From: a virus
Lineage: Duplodnaviria; Caudoviricetes
DNA length: 60,252 nucleotides
Virus record (IMG/VR): IMGVR_UViG_3300021599_001627
Location: 1-60,252 of that record
Strand: one strand, 5' to 3'
Part shown: in pieces, positions 33,200 to 42,770 of the stretch
Numbering within the stretch: the stretch's first letter is position 1
How the letters are laid out: each line of letters begins with the position of its first letter
Notes under the pieces: generated by a model
Told to the model about the DNA's origin: nothing
The model's database searches: none
What the model saw: only the letters and a program-made list of their open reading frames with translations
Program-made: the position numbers and the translations under genes

Positions 33200-35149
33200 A
33201 TGCCATCGCAATTTGTTGAGGACGCGATCCGCGCACTAGAGAGTCCGGACTACGACGTCATTTCCGGGCCTGCTCACGCGGGCCTGCTTAAGCGTCGTGT
33301 GCAGGAGATCGCAGATACCGCAGCACCTATCGGGGTTGACACCGAGACAACGGGTCTTGATCCGAGGGCGAACCAAGTCCGACTGATCCAGCTGGGAACT
33401 ACAGATTTTGCTCTGATTATTGATCTCGATGGTTGGCGTCGGGAAGGGTGCCGGGCAGTCCCGTGGGAGGTGGACGGGCTACGGCAGCTCAAGGCGCTCC
33501 TCGAAGGAGGATGCCGCAAAGTGCTGCAGAACGCAGCCTTTGACCTCAACTTCCTCAGGGGCGAGGGAGTCGTGCTCGGGGGGCCGATTTTCGACACCAT
33601 GGTTGCCGCCAAGATCATCAACAACGGCACCGGCAAGCCCAACGACCTCGGGGAGATCGTCAAGCGCAATCTGAAGTGGAGCATGCCGAAGGAGCTTCAG
33701 AAGTCCAACTGGTCAGGTGAGCTCACCGCTGAGCAGTTCGTGTACTCCGCGCGAGACACGATCTGTCTGACCCACTTGGCACCACTCTTGCAGGCGAAGT
33801 TGGCTGCTGACATCGTCCGCGGGGACTACACCCTTTGGGACCTGTTCCAGCTGGAGATGCGCGTGCTGCGGCCCATCGCGTTGATGCAGTGGCACGGGTT
33901 CGGCTTCGATCGGCCGGCTGCAGAGGAGCTGCGGGTTTCGCTGACCGAGGAGTCCGAGGCGCTCAAGACCCTTTTCCTGGAGCATCTGGACCAGGAGATT
34001 CGCAACAACTCGCCGGACGACCCGAACTCGTGGTTGCCCCGCGATCCGGACGGAAGCATCAACACCAGGGAGAAGGACAGTGGCTATAAGCGGCTGGGCA
34101 CAAAACTTTACAAAGGCTTCAACCCGAGATCAGCCCAGCAAATGGCGCAGGGGTTCAAGAAGGCCGGCATCCTGCTGCCGGTTGACGAAAAGGGCACCCC
34201 GAGCCTGGACCAGAACCTGTTGGCGTTCCTCCGCAACGACTACGAGTTGATTGATCAATATCTGACGTGGAAAACAGCGATCACCAAGGTATCAAATATT
34301 GAGAAACTGCTTGAATCTATTGGGCCGGACGGACGTATCCACTGCAACTACAGGCAGATGGGCACCGAAACGGGCCGTTTGAGCGCGGCATCACCCAACC
34401 TGCAACAAGTCAATCGTGGAGCGGATTTTCGCAGCAAGTTCGTTGCACTTCCGGGGTATCTGCTGATTGTTGCTGACTTCTCTCAGGTAGAGCTTCGCGT
34501 CGCTGCTGAGCTCTCGGGGGAGCAACGGATGGTCGACGCTTATTTGGCTGGACGTGACTTGCATACGGAGACCGCTTCGTTGATCGCAAAGGTGGGTCTT
34601 GATGAGGTTACTAAGTCACAACGTACCAGTGCTAAAATGGCAAACTTCGGATTGCTATTTGGGGCGGGTCCAGCAACGCTACAAAAGCAAGCCGTCGCTC
34701 AGTACGGCATTGATATGAGTATGGAGGAGGCTAGGGAGATTGTCGAAGGCTTTCGTGAGGCTTATCCCACTCTCTATAAGTGGCAACAAGATCGGGGGTC
34801 GAGGACAACGCCTGCAGTTCACACCGCTCTCGGGCGGCGGCGCATGCTGGTGGGGTTTAATGATAAATACACTACTCGCATCAATACGCAAGTTCAGGGA
34901 ACGGCTGGTGATATTGCTAAAATCGCTATTGCAAAGTTGTGGAATTCACTCGTAAAAGCACCTGCGGATGAAGCGCGCCTCATCGCTATGGTCCACGATG
35001 AAATCGTGCTCGAAGTCAAGGAAGGTCACGAGGAGCACTGGGCGGCGCTGCTGAAGGCATCGATGGAGTCTGCAGGGTCGGAGATTTGTAAAAAGGTGCC
35101 GATCCTTGCTGAGGTGTCGTGGGGGCCGACCTGGGCTGATGCGAAATGA
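33200..35149 (+). CDS. polA: DNA polymerase family A (3'-5' exonuclease plus polymerase)
   Basis: VDTETTGL, QNAAFD, TETGRLS..SPNLQQ, ADFSQVELR, AKMANFGLLFG, VQGTAGD, VHDEIV. Confidence 0.96.
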   Translation: MPSQFVEDAIRALESPDYDVISGPAHAGLLKRRVQEIADTAAPIGVDTETTGLDPRANQVRLIQLGTTDFALIIDLDGWRREGCRAVPWEVDGLRQLKALLEGGCRKVLQNAAFDLNFLRGEGVVLGGPIFDTMVAAKIINNGTGKPNDLGEIVKRNLKWSMPKELQKSNWSGELTAEQFVYSARDTICLTHLAPLLQAKLAADIVRGDYTLWDLFQLEMRVLRPIALMQWHGFGFDRPAAEELRVSLTEESEALKTLFLEHLDQEIRNNSPDDPNSWLPRDPDGSINTREKDSGYKRLGTKLYKGFNPRSAQQMAQGFKKAGILLPVDEKGTPSLDQNLLAFLRNDYELIDQYLTWKTAITKVSNIEKLLESIGPDGRIHCNYRQMGTETGRLSAASPNLQQVNRGADFRSKFVALPGYLLIVADFSQVELRVAAELSGEQRMVDAYLAGRDLHTETASLIAKVGLDEVTKSQRTSAKMANFGLLFGAGPATLQKQAVAQYGIDMSMEEAREIVEGFREAYPTLYKWQQDRGSRTTPAVHTALGRRRMLVGFNDKYTTRINTQVQGTAGDIAKIAIAKLWNSLVKAPADEARLIAMVHDEIVLEVKEGHEEHWAALLKASMESAGSEICKKVPILAEVSWGPTWADAK

Positions 35150-35211
35150 CTGACAGAGGTTTACTGGTGCCTCCATCTGTCCTAATCTGGTCGTTGTTTC
35201 CTCGCTTACCG

Positions 35212-35577
35212 ATGCTGGTTGGCAAAGAGCTTCTCGGTCTGGTCAAAGATCGGGAAAACATGAATCAGACAGAGCTTGCTCGTGAAGCTGGCTATGTCCG
35301 TCAAACCAAAACTGGCAAAGAGCAGGTTCTGGTCAAGCAGTTTTACAACGCACTGCTGCGAGCACAAGGCGTCGCGATTGCTGTGGGTAAAGCCCCTGGC
35401 AAGGTTGCGGCTTATCAGACCACGGTCCACCGCAGCGGTGTGATCCTGCTGGGCAAGACCTACTCGGCAAAGTTCAACCTGCAGCCAGGTGACGCGCTCG
35501 ACATCGTCATTGACGATGACTCCATTCGCCTGGTGCCCAAGCCGGTTGTGCCCGCGGTCAAGGCCGCCAAGGTCTGA
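35212..35577 (+). CDS. Cyanobacterial-type AbrB (cyAbrB) transcriptional regulator
   Basis: LVGKELL..VK....TELAREAGY, FYNALL.A.G, Y.TTVH.SG..LLGK.Y....L.PGD...I. Confidence 0.88.
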   Translation: MLVGKELLGLVKDRENMNQTELAREAGYVRQTKTGKEQVLVKQFYNALLRAQGVAIAVGKAPGKVAAYQTTVHRSGVILLGKTYSAKFNLQPGDALDIVIDDDSIRLVPKPVVPAVKAAKV

Positions 35578-35582
35578 CCTGA

Positions 35583-35801
35583 GTGACCGAGCTAGAAGCC
35601 CGAGCACGGTACTTGCACAGGTTGATCAAGATCGCGGAACGGCTCCCTAACGGACTGCTGCACCGGCTGGTCGATGACGCCCAGTTCTTCCACGACTGGA
35701 ACCTCCGCAAGCGCCGCGCTCGGGCTTCTGCACGTCTGGCGCAGCATCGAGCGTGGGAAGGCAAAGCTGAGGATCGGTACTGGCGCAGTGTGCAGCGCTG
35801 A
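35583..35801 (+). CDS. Hypothetical basic protein
   Basis: Directly follows abrB; GTG start. Confidence 0.6.
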   Translation: MTELEARARYLHRLIKIAERLPNGLLHRLVDDAQFFHDWNLRKRRARASARLAQHRAWEGKAEDRYWRSVQR

Positions 35802-35982
35802 GCGCGGGCGCCGCCATGCGAACGACGACATCTCCGAACTCGTCGGTGCTGGCCTCGTCGAGGACAGTGAGCAGCAGGTTCCACCAGACGAAGGTGTTGT
35901 CCGGCATGTCCTGCCAGTTCGGCAGCCACTCGGTGTGAAGCTTGTGGACCCAGTCCGCAAACGCTTGATCGTCGTTCTTCAC
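35647..35982 (-). CDS. Hypothetical protein
   Basis: GTGA overlap with the xis-like gene; 3' end overlaps the convergent ORF. Confidence 0.45.
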   Translation of the reverse strand: MKNDDQAFADWVHKLHTEWLPNWQDMPDNTFVWWNLLLTVLDEASTDEFGDVVVRMAAPALSAAHCASTDPQLCLPTLDAAPDVQKPERGACGGSSRGRTGRHRPAGAAVR

Positions 35983-36251
35983 TTGGTCGACCTGTTCAGG
36001 AATTGGTCGACCGCTTTGACGCGGTGAAACCGGTAGCGAGGGCGTTGGGCGGTGCCGATGTTGCGCAGGGCGTCGCTGCGGATCACGCCTTTCGACATTT
36101 GGTACGTCAGGGCCTTGGTGTCGTGCAGTCCGACCAGGCGGCAGAACTCCTTGGAGTCCACCCAGTCGTTCTCGGGGGTGGCGGCTGTGGCGCGGATCAG
36201 CTTGTCCAGCATGCGCTCGATGTCGTCCAGGCGATTGAGGATTTCCTCCAT
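35979..36251 (-). CDS. Excisionase-like winged-helix protein
   Basis: WVDSKEFCRLVGL...G....PRYRFH; next to the integrase. Confidence 0.65.
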   Translation of the reverse strand: MEEILNRLDDIERMLDKLIRATAATPENDWVDSKEFCRLVGLHDTKALTYQMSKGVIRSDALRNIGTAQRPRYRFHRVKAVDQFLNRSTK

Positions 36252-36289
36252 CTAGGTCTAACCAGATCTGAACAGACCCTAGCGCAACC

Positions 36290-37420
36290 TCAGAGGGTTA
36301 GGCCGTGCATGGCTTTCTGAATCCGGTCGGCTTCGATCCACCGCTGGTAAGTCGACTGATGCACGGACAGGCTGTGCCCCATCAGTCGGGCGGCCAGGTC
36401 CGCGGCCACACCCTTGCTCATCAGGCGCAACGCGTAGGCGTGCCGCAGGTTGTACGGCTTGATCGTCACCTGATCTCTGGCGAGGGCGTCGGAGAACGCC
36501 TTGCTGAGGCCCTGGGCGGACTGACTCGGCCGACACAAATTGTGAAGATCAAACTGGCTTACCCACGCTCTCGGGCAGGGAGTGACCCGCCGGCTGCCGG
36601 TCTTGGTGGCGTCGGCCACCTCGATCCAGTCGTCCTCCAGCCAGATCAGCTCGGCGCATTCGTGGGGGCGGAGGCCGTAGGCCGCGCACATGGCAAAGGT
36701 CCAGCGCCAGTGCGGCAGAGTGACTTGCTTGAGCGCGGCCTCGATTGCCTCGTCCGACGGGATGTCGCGCTCGGTGAGCTTGTCGACGCCGTAGCCGCGG
36801 CAGGCGGCGAGCAGTGGCTCGTGATCGAGGCCGAGGGAGCGGGCCACCTGGGCCAGCAGGTTGCCCTGGTCGCGCCGGGCGGCAGTGCCCTCGGGGAGCT
36901 TTCGGATGCAGCGGAGCAGGACCCCCTCAGTGATGACCCCCGAGGGCGGCAGTTTGCGTAGGGCCGGCGCCCACTTCTTCGACCAGGCGGCGGTGCCGCG
37001 CTCGGGGGCTTTGGCGTACTTGCTGGCGTGGAGGCCCTGGGCGGCAGCGTGGAAGTCCGACACGGTGATGACGGACGCGTCAGGAGCTTCCCACGCAGTC
37101 CACGTAAAGGTGCTGGTGCGTAACTGGTGGCCCAGCTCGACGGCTTTGCGTTCGGCTTCGGGGAGGGCGGAGAACTCGGCGGGCAGTCCGAGGGCAATGC
37201 GCTGCTGGCGTCGCTGCGACGGATCGTCACGCGTTGGCAGGGTTGCCCTGAGGTGCAGGGAGGCCCCGCGCAGCTCGACAACGCACTTCTGGTGCCCGGC
37301 CTTCAGGCGGGCGTTCAGCTCTTGTAGGGCAGCGTCGAGGGCCAAGGTCTGGACTAAAACCTGGACTACTTTCCCCGTCAGCTTAGGTCTGTTTTGGTCG
37401 AGCCTGGCTGAATTAAGCAA
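36290..37420 (-). CDS. int: Tyrosine integrase (true start probably near 37345)
   Basis: YGLRPHE (R), TKTG.R (K), LRHAYALR (HxxR), LMGHS, H..TY (Y). Confidence 0.93.
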   Translation of the reverse strand: MLNSARLDQNRPKLTGKVVQVLVQTLALDAALQELNARLKAGHQKCVVELRGASLHLRATLPTRDDPSQRRQQRIALGLPAEFSALPEAERKAVELGHQLRTSTFTWTAWEAPDASVITVSDFHAAAQGLHASKYAKAPERGTAAWSKKWAPALRKLPPSGVITEGVLLRCIRKLPEGTAARRDQGNLLAQVARSLGLDHEPLLAACRGYGVDKLTERDIPSDEAIEAALKQVTLPHWRWTFAMCAAYGLRPHECAELIWLEDDWIEVADATKTGSRRVTPCPRAWVSQFDLHNLCRPSQSAQGLSKAFSDALARDQVTIKPYNLRHAYALRLMSKGVAADLAARLMGHSLSVHQSTYQRWIEADRIQKAMHGLTL

Positions 37421-37600
37421 GCCGCCACGGGCCTAAAAGCACTGCGCTGCAAAGAATCCGAGTGCTGGCCTGGAATTTTTCTTCTGGTGGCGTAGATGGA
37501 GTAGGCACTACCCCAAAGTGGTGCGCTACCAAGCTGCGCTACGCCCCGGACTGGGATCTCGGGGGGTGGTCTCCTGGGGTTGGCCTAAAAATGGCCTAGT
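37350..37600. other. attP region: core flanked by arm-type repeats TGG(A/C)CTA
   Basis: tggacta at 37350 and 37362, ggccta at 37430, tggccta at 37581 and 37592, on both sides of the tRNA-derived core. Confidence 0.75.
37506..37548 (-). other. attP core: 5' half of tRNA-Pro(GGG)
   Basis: CGGGGCGTAGCGCAGCTTGGTAGCGCACCACTTTGGGGTAGTG covers acceptor 5' strand, D-arm and anticodon arm; no T-arm follows. Confidence 0.88.
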
Positions 37601-37625
37601 AGGAGGCCCCCGTCGATGGCGTTAT

Positions 37626-37920
37626 TTAAGCAGACGGCCTGCTAGGCCAACGTCGCTTGTCGGCTTCGTTGGCGGAACGGCTGTCGTACCGCAGGTTGCG
37701 CCGACTGTTGTCGGCAGTCCCGGCTGGGCCGTGGCAAACATCGAGACCCGTCGCGGTCGGGGGTGCCTTTCAGTAATTGGCCTCGGCATCGATTAAGGCG
37801 ACCGGTCCCGTCTCGGTTCACCGCCGGGATGTAACGAGGAAGACTGCGCACGCGCCCGAGATCGCTGACCTCATACAGATGCTCCCAGCCCACGACGGGT
37901 CGCCACTGTTCAGCAGTCAC
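37626..37920 (-). pseudogene. NUMOD4-HNH homing endonuclease with internal deletion and frameshift
   Basis: EQWRPVVGWEHLYEVSDLGRVRSL (NUMOD4), then in another frame GLDVCHGPAGTADN...NLRYDSRSANEADK; the usual VHRLV..AF segment is missing. Confidence 0.8.
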
Positions 37921-37978
37921 GCGTGATCCAAAACATGAACAGTATTTAGCCTTAACTCATACCAGTCAGGTTAGGCAC

Positions 37979-39124
37979 ATGGCCAGCTCCAAGCCGAAGG
38001 GGTACACCAACAACTGGTTGGGGGTGCTGGCAGCGGCGAAGGACGCCGGGGCGAAGTTCCCCGAGCTCGTGGCGGCTCAGTGGGCACTGGAGAGCGGCTT
38101 CGGTCAGCACACCAGCGGTGAGTACAACTACTTCGGGCTCAAGGGCAGCGGCACGACTCGGCTCACGACTGAGTACGTCAACGGGGCACGGGTGCATATC
38201 GAGGCGGAGTTCATGGACTTCGCCGACCTCGGGGAGTGCGTGCGGTACCTCGTAACCCGCTGGTACAAGGACTGGGACCAGTACGAGGGGGTCAACCGGG
38301 CACCGACGCGGGCGGCGGCGGCGAAGGAGCTGGTCAAGCAGGGCTACGCCACAGACCCGCGCTACGCAGAGAAGCTGATCAAGCTCATGGACGAGCACCT
38401 ACCGGAGGTGGGCGAGCCGACGGTGGTGACGAAGGCCAAGCCGAAGGCGCTGCTGTTCCAGATCGAGGCGCACCAGGCCACCTGGCTTAAGAAGGAGCCG
38501 AAGCCGGCCACCGAGCTCGGGGATTCCGAGAAGGTTGCCGTGGTGAAGGGCAAGACCTATGGGGTATGCGCGTATAACGAAAGTGTTCAAGACGCTCACG
38601 CGAAGGTTGAGCTGGCTGCGGGGGCCGGGACTTGGTATGTGTATGAGCCGCACTGGTCGAAGGTGCAGGCCAGCGGCGAGGCGATGCCGGCCTCGGTGGA
38701 TTGGGCGGACTTCGGGTGTCTGGTTACGCCGAACCTGACGGTGGGTGAGGTGCTGCAGTGGGATAAGCGCCGGATTCCGGGACCGAACTCGTCGGTGCGA
38801 GCGCGCCTGCTGCGCACTGCCGCGGCGTTCCAGCAGGTTCGCGAGGCGTGGGGGCAGCCGCTGGGAGTGACCAGTTTTTACCGGCCGGAGCCGATCAACG
38901 GTCAGGTTGGTGGGGTGCCGGGCTCGCGCCACACCACGGGCGAGGCGATGGACATCTATCCGACGAACCGGAGCATGGAGGAGTTCTACCGGTGGATCCG
39001 AGCGCGGTGGAGCGGTGGGCTCGGGGATGGCCGCGCTCGGGGGTTCATTCACCTGGACACCCGCGGGGGTGGAGGATTTGTACCGGGTGCGGGGGCTGCG
39101 CCTGCGGCGGAGTGGCTGTACTGA
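37979..39124 (+). CDS. Endolysin: GH73 glucosaminidase-like domain plus peptidase M15 domain
   Basis: AAQWALESGFG..NYFGLKG..GYATDPRY..KL; VTSFYRP..N..VGG..GSRH..G.A.D..GFIHLD. Confidence 0.92.
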   Translation: MASSKPKGYTNNWLGVLAAAKDAGAKFPELVAAQWALESGFGQHTSGEYNYFGLKGSGTTRLTTEYVNGARVHIEAEFMDFADLGECVRYLVTRWYKDWDQYEGVNRAPTRAAAAKELVKQGYATDPRYAEKLIKLMDEHLPEVGEPTVVTKAKPKALLFQIEAHQATWLKKEPKPATELGDSEKVAVVKGKTYGVCAYNESVQDAHAKVELAAGAGTWYVYEPHWSKVQASGEAMPASVDWADFGCLVTPNLTVGEVLQWDKRRIPGPNSSVRARLLRTAAAFQQVREAWGQPLGVTSFYRPEPINGQVGGVPGSRHTTGEAMDIYPTNRSMEEFYRWIRARWSGGLGDGRARGFIHLDTRGGGGFVPGAGAAPAAEWLY

Positions 39125-39532
39125 TCAGCTGATCGTCAGGGCGCCGTTGGTGCCGTCGAAGTCGATTGTGAAGGTTTCGCCTGAGGCGAGGGTGACGTTC
39201 GAGCCGTAGTCGTACCAGCCCAAAAGTTCCTGGCTAGGGGCGGTGCTGTTGTAGAGGGTGATATAGCGGAATGTTGCTACAGCGCCGGAAGCAGTGAGTA
39301 CTAGGTCTTGGAGTACGAGCTTGTAGATACCAGACGTTTGCCCAGAGCTAATGGTAGTAATGTTGCAGCTGCTTAGGTTGGTGTAGCTGATTTGCGTGAT
39401 ATTACTAAGTGTCGAGTTGGTGGCGACTGGAGCTGTCGCGCTCAGGGCCACAGCGAGTTGATCAGCACCGAGATCGTGTTTTTTCTCAGCGAGGGCTTCA
39501 ACCAGAGAGTTGAAGCGGTTAAAGATGGCCAT
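39125..39532 (-). CDS. Putative virion structural protein
   Basis: FRY..LYN.T....L.GWYDYG..VTL..GETFTIDF; tail region. Confidence 0.7.
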   Translation of the reverse strand: MAIFNRFNSLVEALAEKKHDLGADQLAVALSATAPVATNSTLSNITQISYTNLSSCNITTISSGQTSGIYKLVLQDLVLTASGAVATFRYITLYNSTAPSQELLGWYDYGSNVTLASGETFTIDFDGTNGALTIS

Positions 39533-39655
39533 TTATGGGTAGCCCTGGGTTTAGCGGTAGTCTAAGAAGCCCAGCCTGAGAGCTACATAGCTACTACTTA
39601 TGCGGGGCTCTAGTTGGTTACAGCGTCTTGGATCTGCTGGCCAGTGGTGGCTCCT

Positions 39656-39934
39656 TTAGCTCTTCCACGCCCCGCTGGCGCGGGTGCTGATGCTGCTCAC
39701 TGACTTCCACACGCCGCTGACCTTGACGTAGGCGGCGCTGGCTTGTTTCCAAGTGCCGGCAACATTCACCCAGACGTTGAGGCCCGTAGCAGGGCCAACC
39801 GCAACAAACGGCTGGCCTAGATACGCCACATCGAGGGATGTGGTTGTGAGTGCCTTGGCCTCAACCTGAACAAAAGGCTGGCCGAGGTAGGCAACGTCTA
39901 GCGATGTCAGATCGGTATTACTCGGCAGGGGCAT
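39656..39934 (-). CDS. Tail-fibre-associated protein with internal repeats
   Basis: SLDVAYLGQPFV twice; three xxGxWK repeats. Confidence 0.7.
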   Translation of the reverse strand: MPLPSNTDLTSLDVAYLGQPFVQVEAKALTTTSLDVAYLGQPFVAVGPATGLNVWVNVAGTWKQASAAYVKVSGVWKSVSSISTRASGAWKS

Positions 39935-40100
39935 TGGCTACCTCCTGTGCGGCGACAAAGGCTGCTGCTGCCTCCTGAATGGCATCCATGGTTGGGTAGT
40001 CGTTGAACTTGAAGAACTGCGCTTCAGTATTGGTGAGCACGACACGGGCGTACCACTTGCCAGCGAGGTCCTGTTCAACAGCATGGACGTGATAGGTCAT
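39918..40100 (-). CDS. Small tail-region protein
   Basis: ORF track; operon context. Confidence 0.6.
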   Translation of the reverse strand: MTYHVHAVEQDLAGKWYARVVLTNTEAQFFKFNDYPTMDAIQEAAAAFVAAQEVANAPAE

Positions 40101-40102
40101 GG

Positions 40103-42550
40103 TCAGGCTTGCGAGATGGTTAGGTCATCGACCCACCCAGAGAAGGTGGTGCCGCCAAAAGCTTCAGCAGTAATTTCAACTACGCCGGTTTCAGTCGGGG
40201 TGAAGGTGACAGTTTCCTCTTCCCAGGCGTTGACAGCAACTACCGATGATGTTACGTTATTGACAACCCCAGCGATCTGACCGCCTTTGCAGACTAGGCG
40301 CATTGTCAGGCCAGCATTATCGCGTCGCATCCATGCTTTGACGGTTACCAGGGAATTGGCAGCGCAGGCGACTTTGGCAAGACTAAGTGTTACCGGCCAG
40401 TTTGCACTACGCTCGGTGTTGGTCGGTTGAATCTTCCAGCTAATTCCATTATTGGTATTGCGTTGATCCGTAGCGGAACTGACTATGGCACCGTGCATAA
40501 ATATTCTGTGACTATTAGCTGTTTGGTTATCATTTTGAGATGTTACTAAGTAATCCGAATATGAACCAAAGCCTGTAACTGGAGTAGGCGAATTCAGAGC
40601 GACGTCTTTGAGATATTGGAAGCCCGACTGACCAGTATATATATCGGAGGTAGGATTATCTTTGAAAATCAAGCTGGAAATATATGCAGTTCCAGAGGAC
40701 AGGTTGAGCCCGTAGCTGCCGTTATTTGCAAATAAAATTGACGAATTAGCCCCTTTTACATAAGCTATATTTCCGCTAATGAACATGGCGCTGAAATTAC
40801 TAACAAAGGCACCGCTTACGGTAACATTTGGACGTAGTCCCGATATACTCGGGCCACCCGCTGAGACTATAAAGCCAATATTATAAGTGCCGTAGCTAAC
40901 TTGACTTGTAAAGATGGCACTGTTTGTTGAATTATTCGACGCAATAATATCATAAACAATCCAAGAGCCAATATTTGAGCTTATATTGTTATTAAATCGA
41001 GTAAGGGCAAATCCTTGTATTACCATCCAGTTTCTGCTGTCCGCTACTATTCCGTTTCCATTGCCATTCACGCCATCAAGCCAGGTTTCAGAAGTTTTAG
41101 TACTCATATCTGTTCGATTCCAGCCGCCGCTATAAGTCGTAGGACTACCTTCAACGCCACTTTCTAATAAAGATATAACCGCTGTACTTGCCGATGCCGA
41201 GGGTCCAATTTTAATTGTTTCTCTTTTCCATGTTGTTATCGTTTCGCTAATGCCATAGTATCCACGCAATGAAGAAATGCTGGGTATAATATTTGTCTCA
41301 GCATCCAGCATGACGCGAGTACCATTAATACTTTGAATGCCCCAAAATGTTTCAGTTGCCGTATTCTTGCCAATTAAGCTAGTAAGCGTCAGGCTATCGT
41401 CAGCACTACTGGCTTTGCAGGCGATAATATTGGATAACAGGAAAGTTTGCGCACCATTATCAGTATTGACATAAAGTGCGATACTTTGAATGTTGCTGCC
41501 TAGATTTGTGTTCAAATTTACTGTTACTGGCATCCAACGTCCTATGGCAGCCAGGCTTGGGACACTAATAGTATTAACGGCTGTCGTGCCAGTCGTATCT
41601 GAGCATAAACGTAAATCAATAGCACCAGCCGCTCCAATAGTGCCGCCAGTTTGTTGTATCCAAAAACTTACTTGTTGATAGCCAGACAAATCAAGAGTGC
41701 CTGTCGCCCAGAAAGCTGCACGACCTGTTGTAAAGCCTGCAGCAATGGTAATCTGGTCGCTTCGGGCGTGTTCTTTTGTATTAACGGTATTTAGTGAAGC
41801 GGTGACGTTGGCCCCACCCGCCGAAGTCCATGCCGCACGGCCAGGACCAGTACTAGCGATATTTGCGGTAACGGCACTGGTCAAGAGAACGCGCATATTG
41901 TTACACAGTCGCGCTGTACCACTACTGCCTACACCATTTCCTGCGCTGCCGGTAAGTGTAAATGTGTTTACACCGGTATTGGTTATCTCCCAGGTACCGT
42001 TAGCGTTGGTATTTGTTAAATGCCCAGTGATTACAATAGTGTCACCTGTGCTATAGCCGTGCGCGTTGCATGTAACTGAAATTGGCGTAGTATTAGTGCT
42101 GCTGCTAATGGCTTTTGCCGCCTGCTGAATTTGACTTGTCCATACGCCATTTTGACCTAAACTTGTTGGATCTGGACTTGCTATTACGCGAATAGTATCA
42201 CCTGGTATTGTCCTTACTAGCGTGGCACCACTCGCAAAGGTTCTCCAGCGACCACCAATATAGTATTGACGATCTATGGATTGGTTCGCCAGTCCCGTGC
42301 CTCCAGATATTGCAGCAATCGTAAGCGAAGTAGAAGATACCCAGGCTCCAATTCGGTAAACCGCATAAATTGCGCCATTAAAAATACTTAGGTACTGGCC
42401 AATCAGAGATCCGTCGTTTGGAAATGACGCTCCGACACTACTGAATGTCGTACTGGTGATGCGACCATTTGTTCCTTGCGCTAGCGGTGCAAAACTGGTA
42501 CCAGCATAATTATCATTACCGTTCTCGAAATCGATGTACAGAGTAGCCAT
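40103..42550 (-). CDS. Tail fibre/spike or receptor-binding protein (lower GC)
   Basis: 815 aa, T/S/G/N-rich, beta-rich appearance. Confidence 0.7.
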   Translation of the reverse strand: MATLYIDFENGNDNYAGTSFAPLAQGTNGRITSTTFSSVGASFPNDGSLIGQYLSIFNGAIYAVYRIGAWVSSTSLTIAAISGGTGLANQSIDRQYYIGGRWRTFASGATLVRTIPGDTIRVIASPDPTSLGQNGVWTSQIQQAAKAISSSTNTTPISVTCNAHGYSTGDTIVITGHLTNTNANGTWEITNTGVNTFTLTGSAGNGVGSSGTARLCNNMRVLLTSAVTANIASTGPGRAAWTSAGGANVTASLNTVNTKEHARSDQITIAAGFTTGRAAFWATGTLDLSGYQQVSFWIQQTGGTIGAAGAIDLRLCSDTTGTTAVNTISVPSLAAIGRWMPVTVNLNTNLGSNIQSIALYVNTDNGAQTFLLSNIIACKASSADDSLTLTSLIGKNTATETFWGIQSINGTRVMLDAETNIIPSISSLRGYYGISETITTWKRETIKIGPSASASTAVISLLESGVEGSPTTYSGGWNRTDMSTKTSETWLDGVNGNGNGIVADSRNWMVIQGFALTRFNNNISSNIGSWIVYDIIASNNSTNSAIFTSQVSYGTYNIGFIVSAGGPSISGLRPNVTVSGAFVSNFSAMFISGNIAYVKGANSSILFANNGSYGLNLSSGTAYISSLIFKDNPTSDIYTGQSGFQYLKDVALNSPTPVTGFGSYSDYLVTSQNDNQTANSHRIFMHGAIVSSATDQRNTNNGISWKIQPTNTERSANWPVTLSLAKVACAANSLVTVKAWMRRDNAGLTMRLVCKGGQIAGVVNNVTSSVVAVNAWEEETVTFTPTETGVVEITAEAFGGTTFSGWVDDLTISQA

Positions 42551-42558
42551 GCTTTACC

Positions 42559-42768
42559 TCAGGCGGTGTACTTGATCCAAATGTCGCCGTCGATCCCACC
42601 AGTGGGATCGGTAGTACTGGTAGTGATGTTGTTGATCTTCACCATGCTGCCAGCTGCATTCTTCACGTACAACCGACCATTGGTTGAGTCCCAAGCTGGT
42701 TCACCTTCAACAAACGATACTGCGCTCGGTACTGTGCTACCGCGCCGTAACCTCAGCGTGTTAGCCAT
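42559..42768 (-). CDS. Short tail-fibre-like protein
   Basis: MANTLRLRRG...GEPAW.....LY...PTGG.DGDIWIKY. Confidence 0.65.
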   Translation of the reverse strand: MANTLRLRRGSTVPSAVSFVEGEPAWDSTNGRLYVKNAAGSMVKINNITTSTTDPTGGIDGDIWIKYTA

Positions 42769-42770
42769 GT

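Noticed and set aside
37506-37548. Complete tRNA-Pro gene
   Set aside because: No T-arm or 3' acceptor strand; better explained as the attP core.
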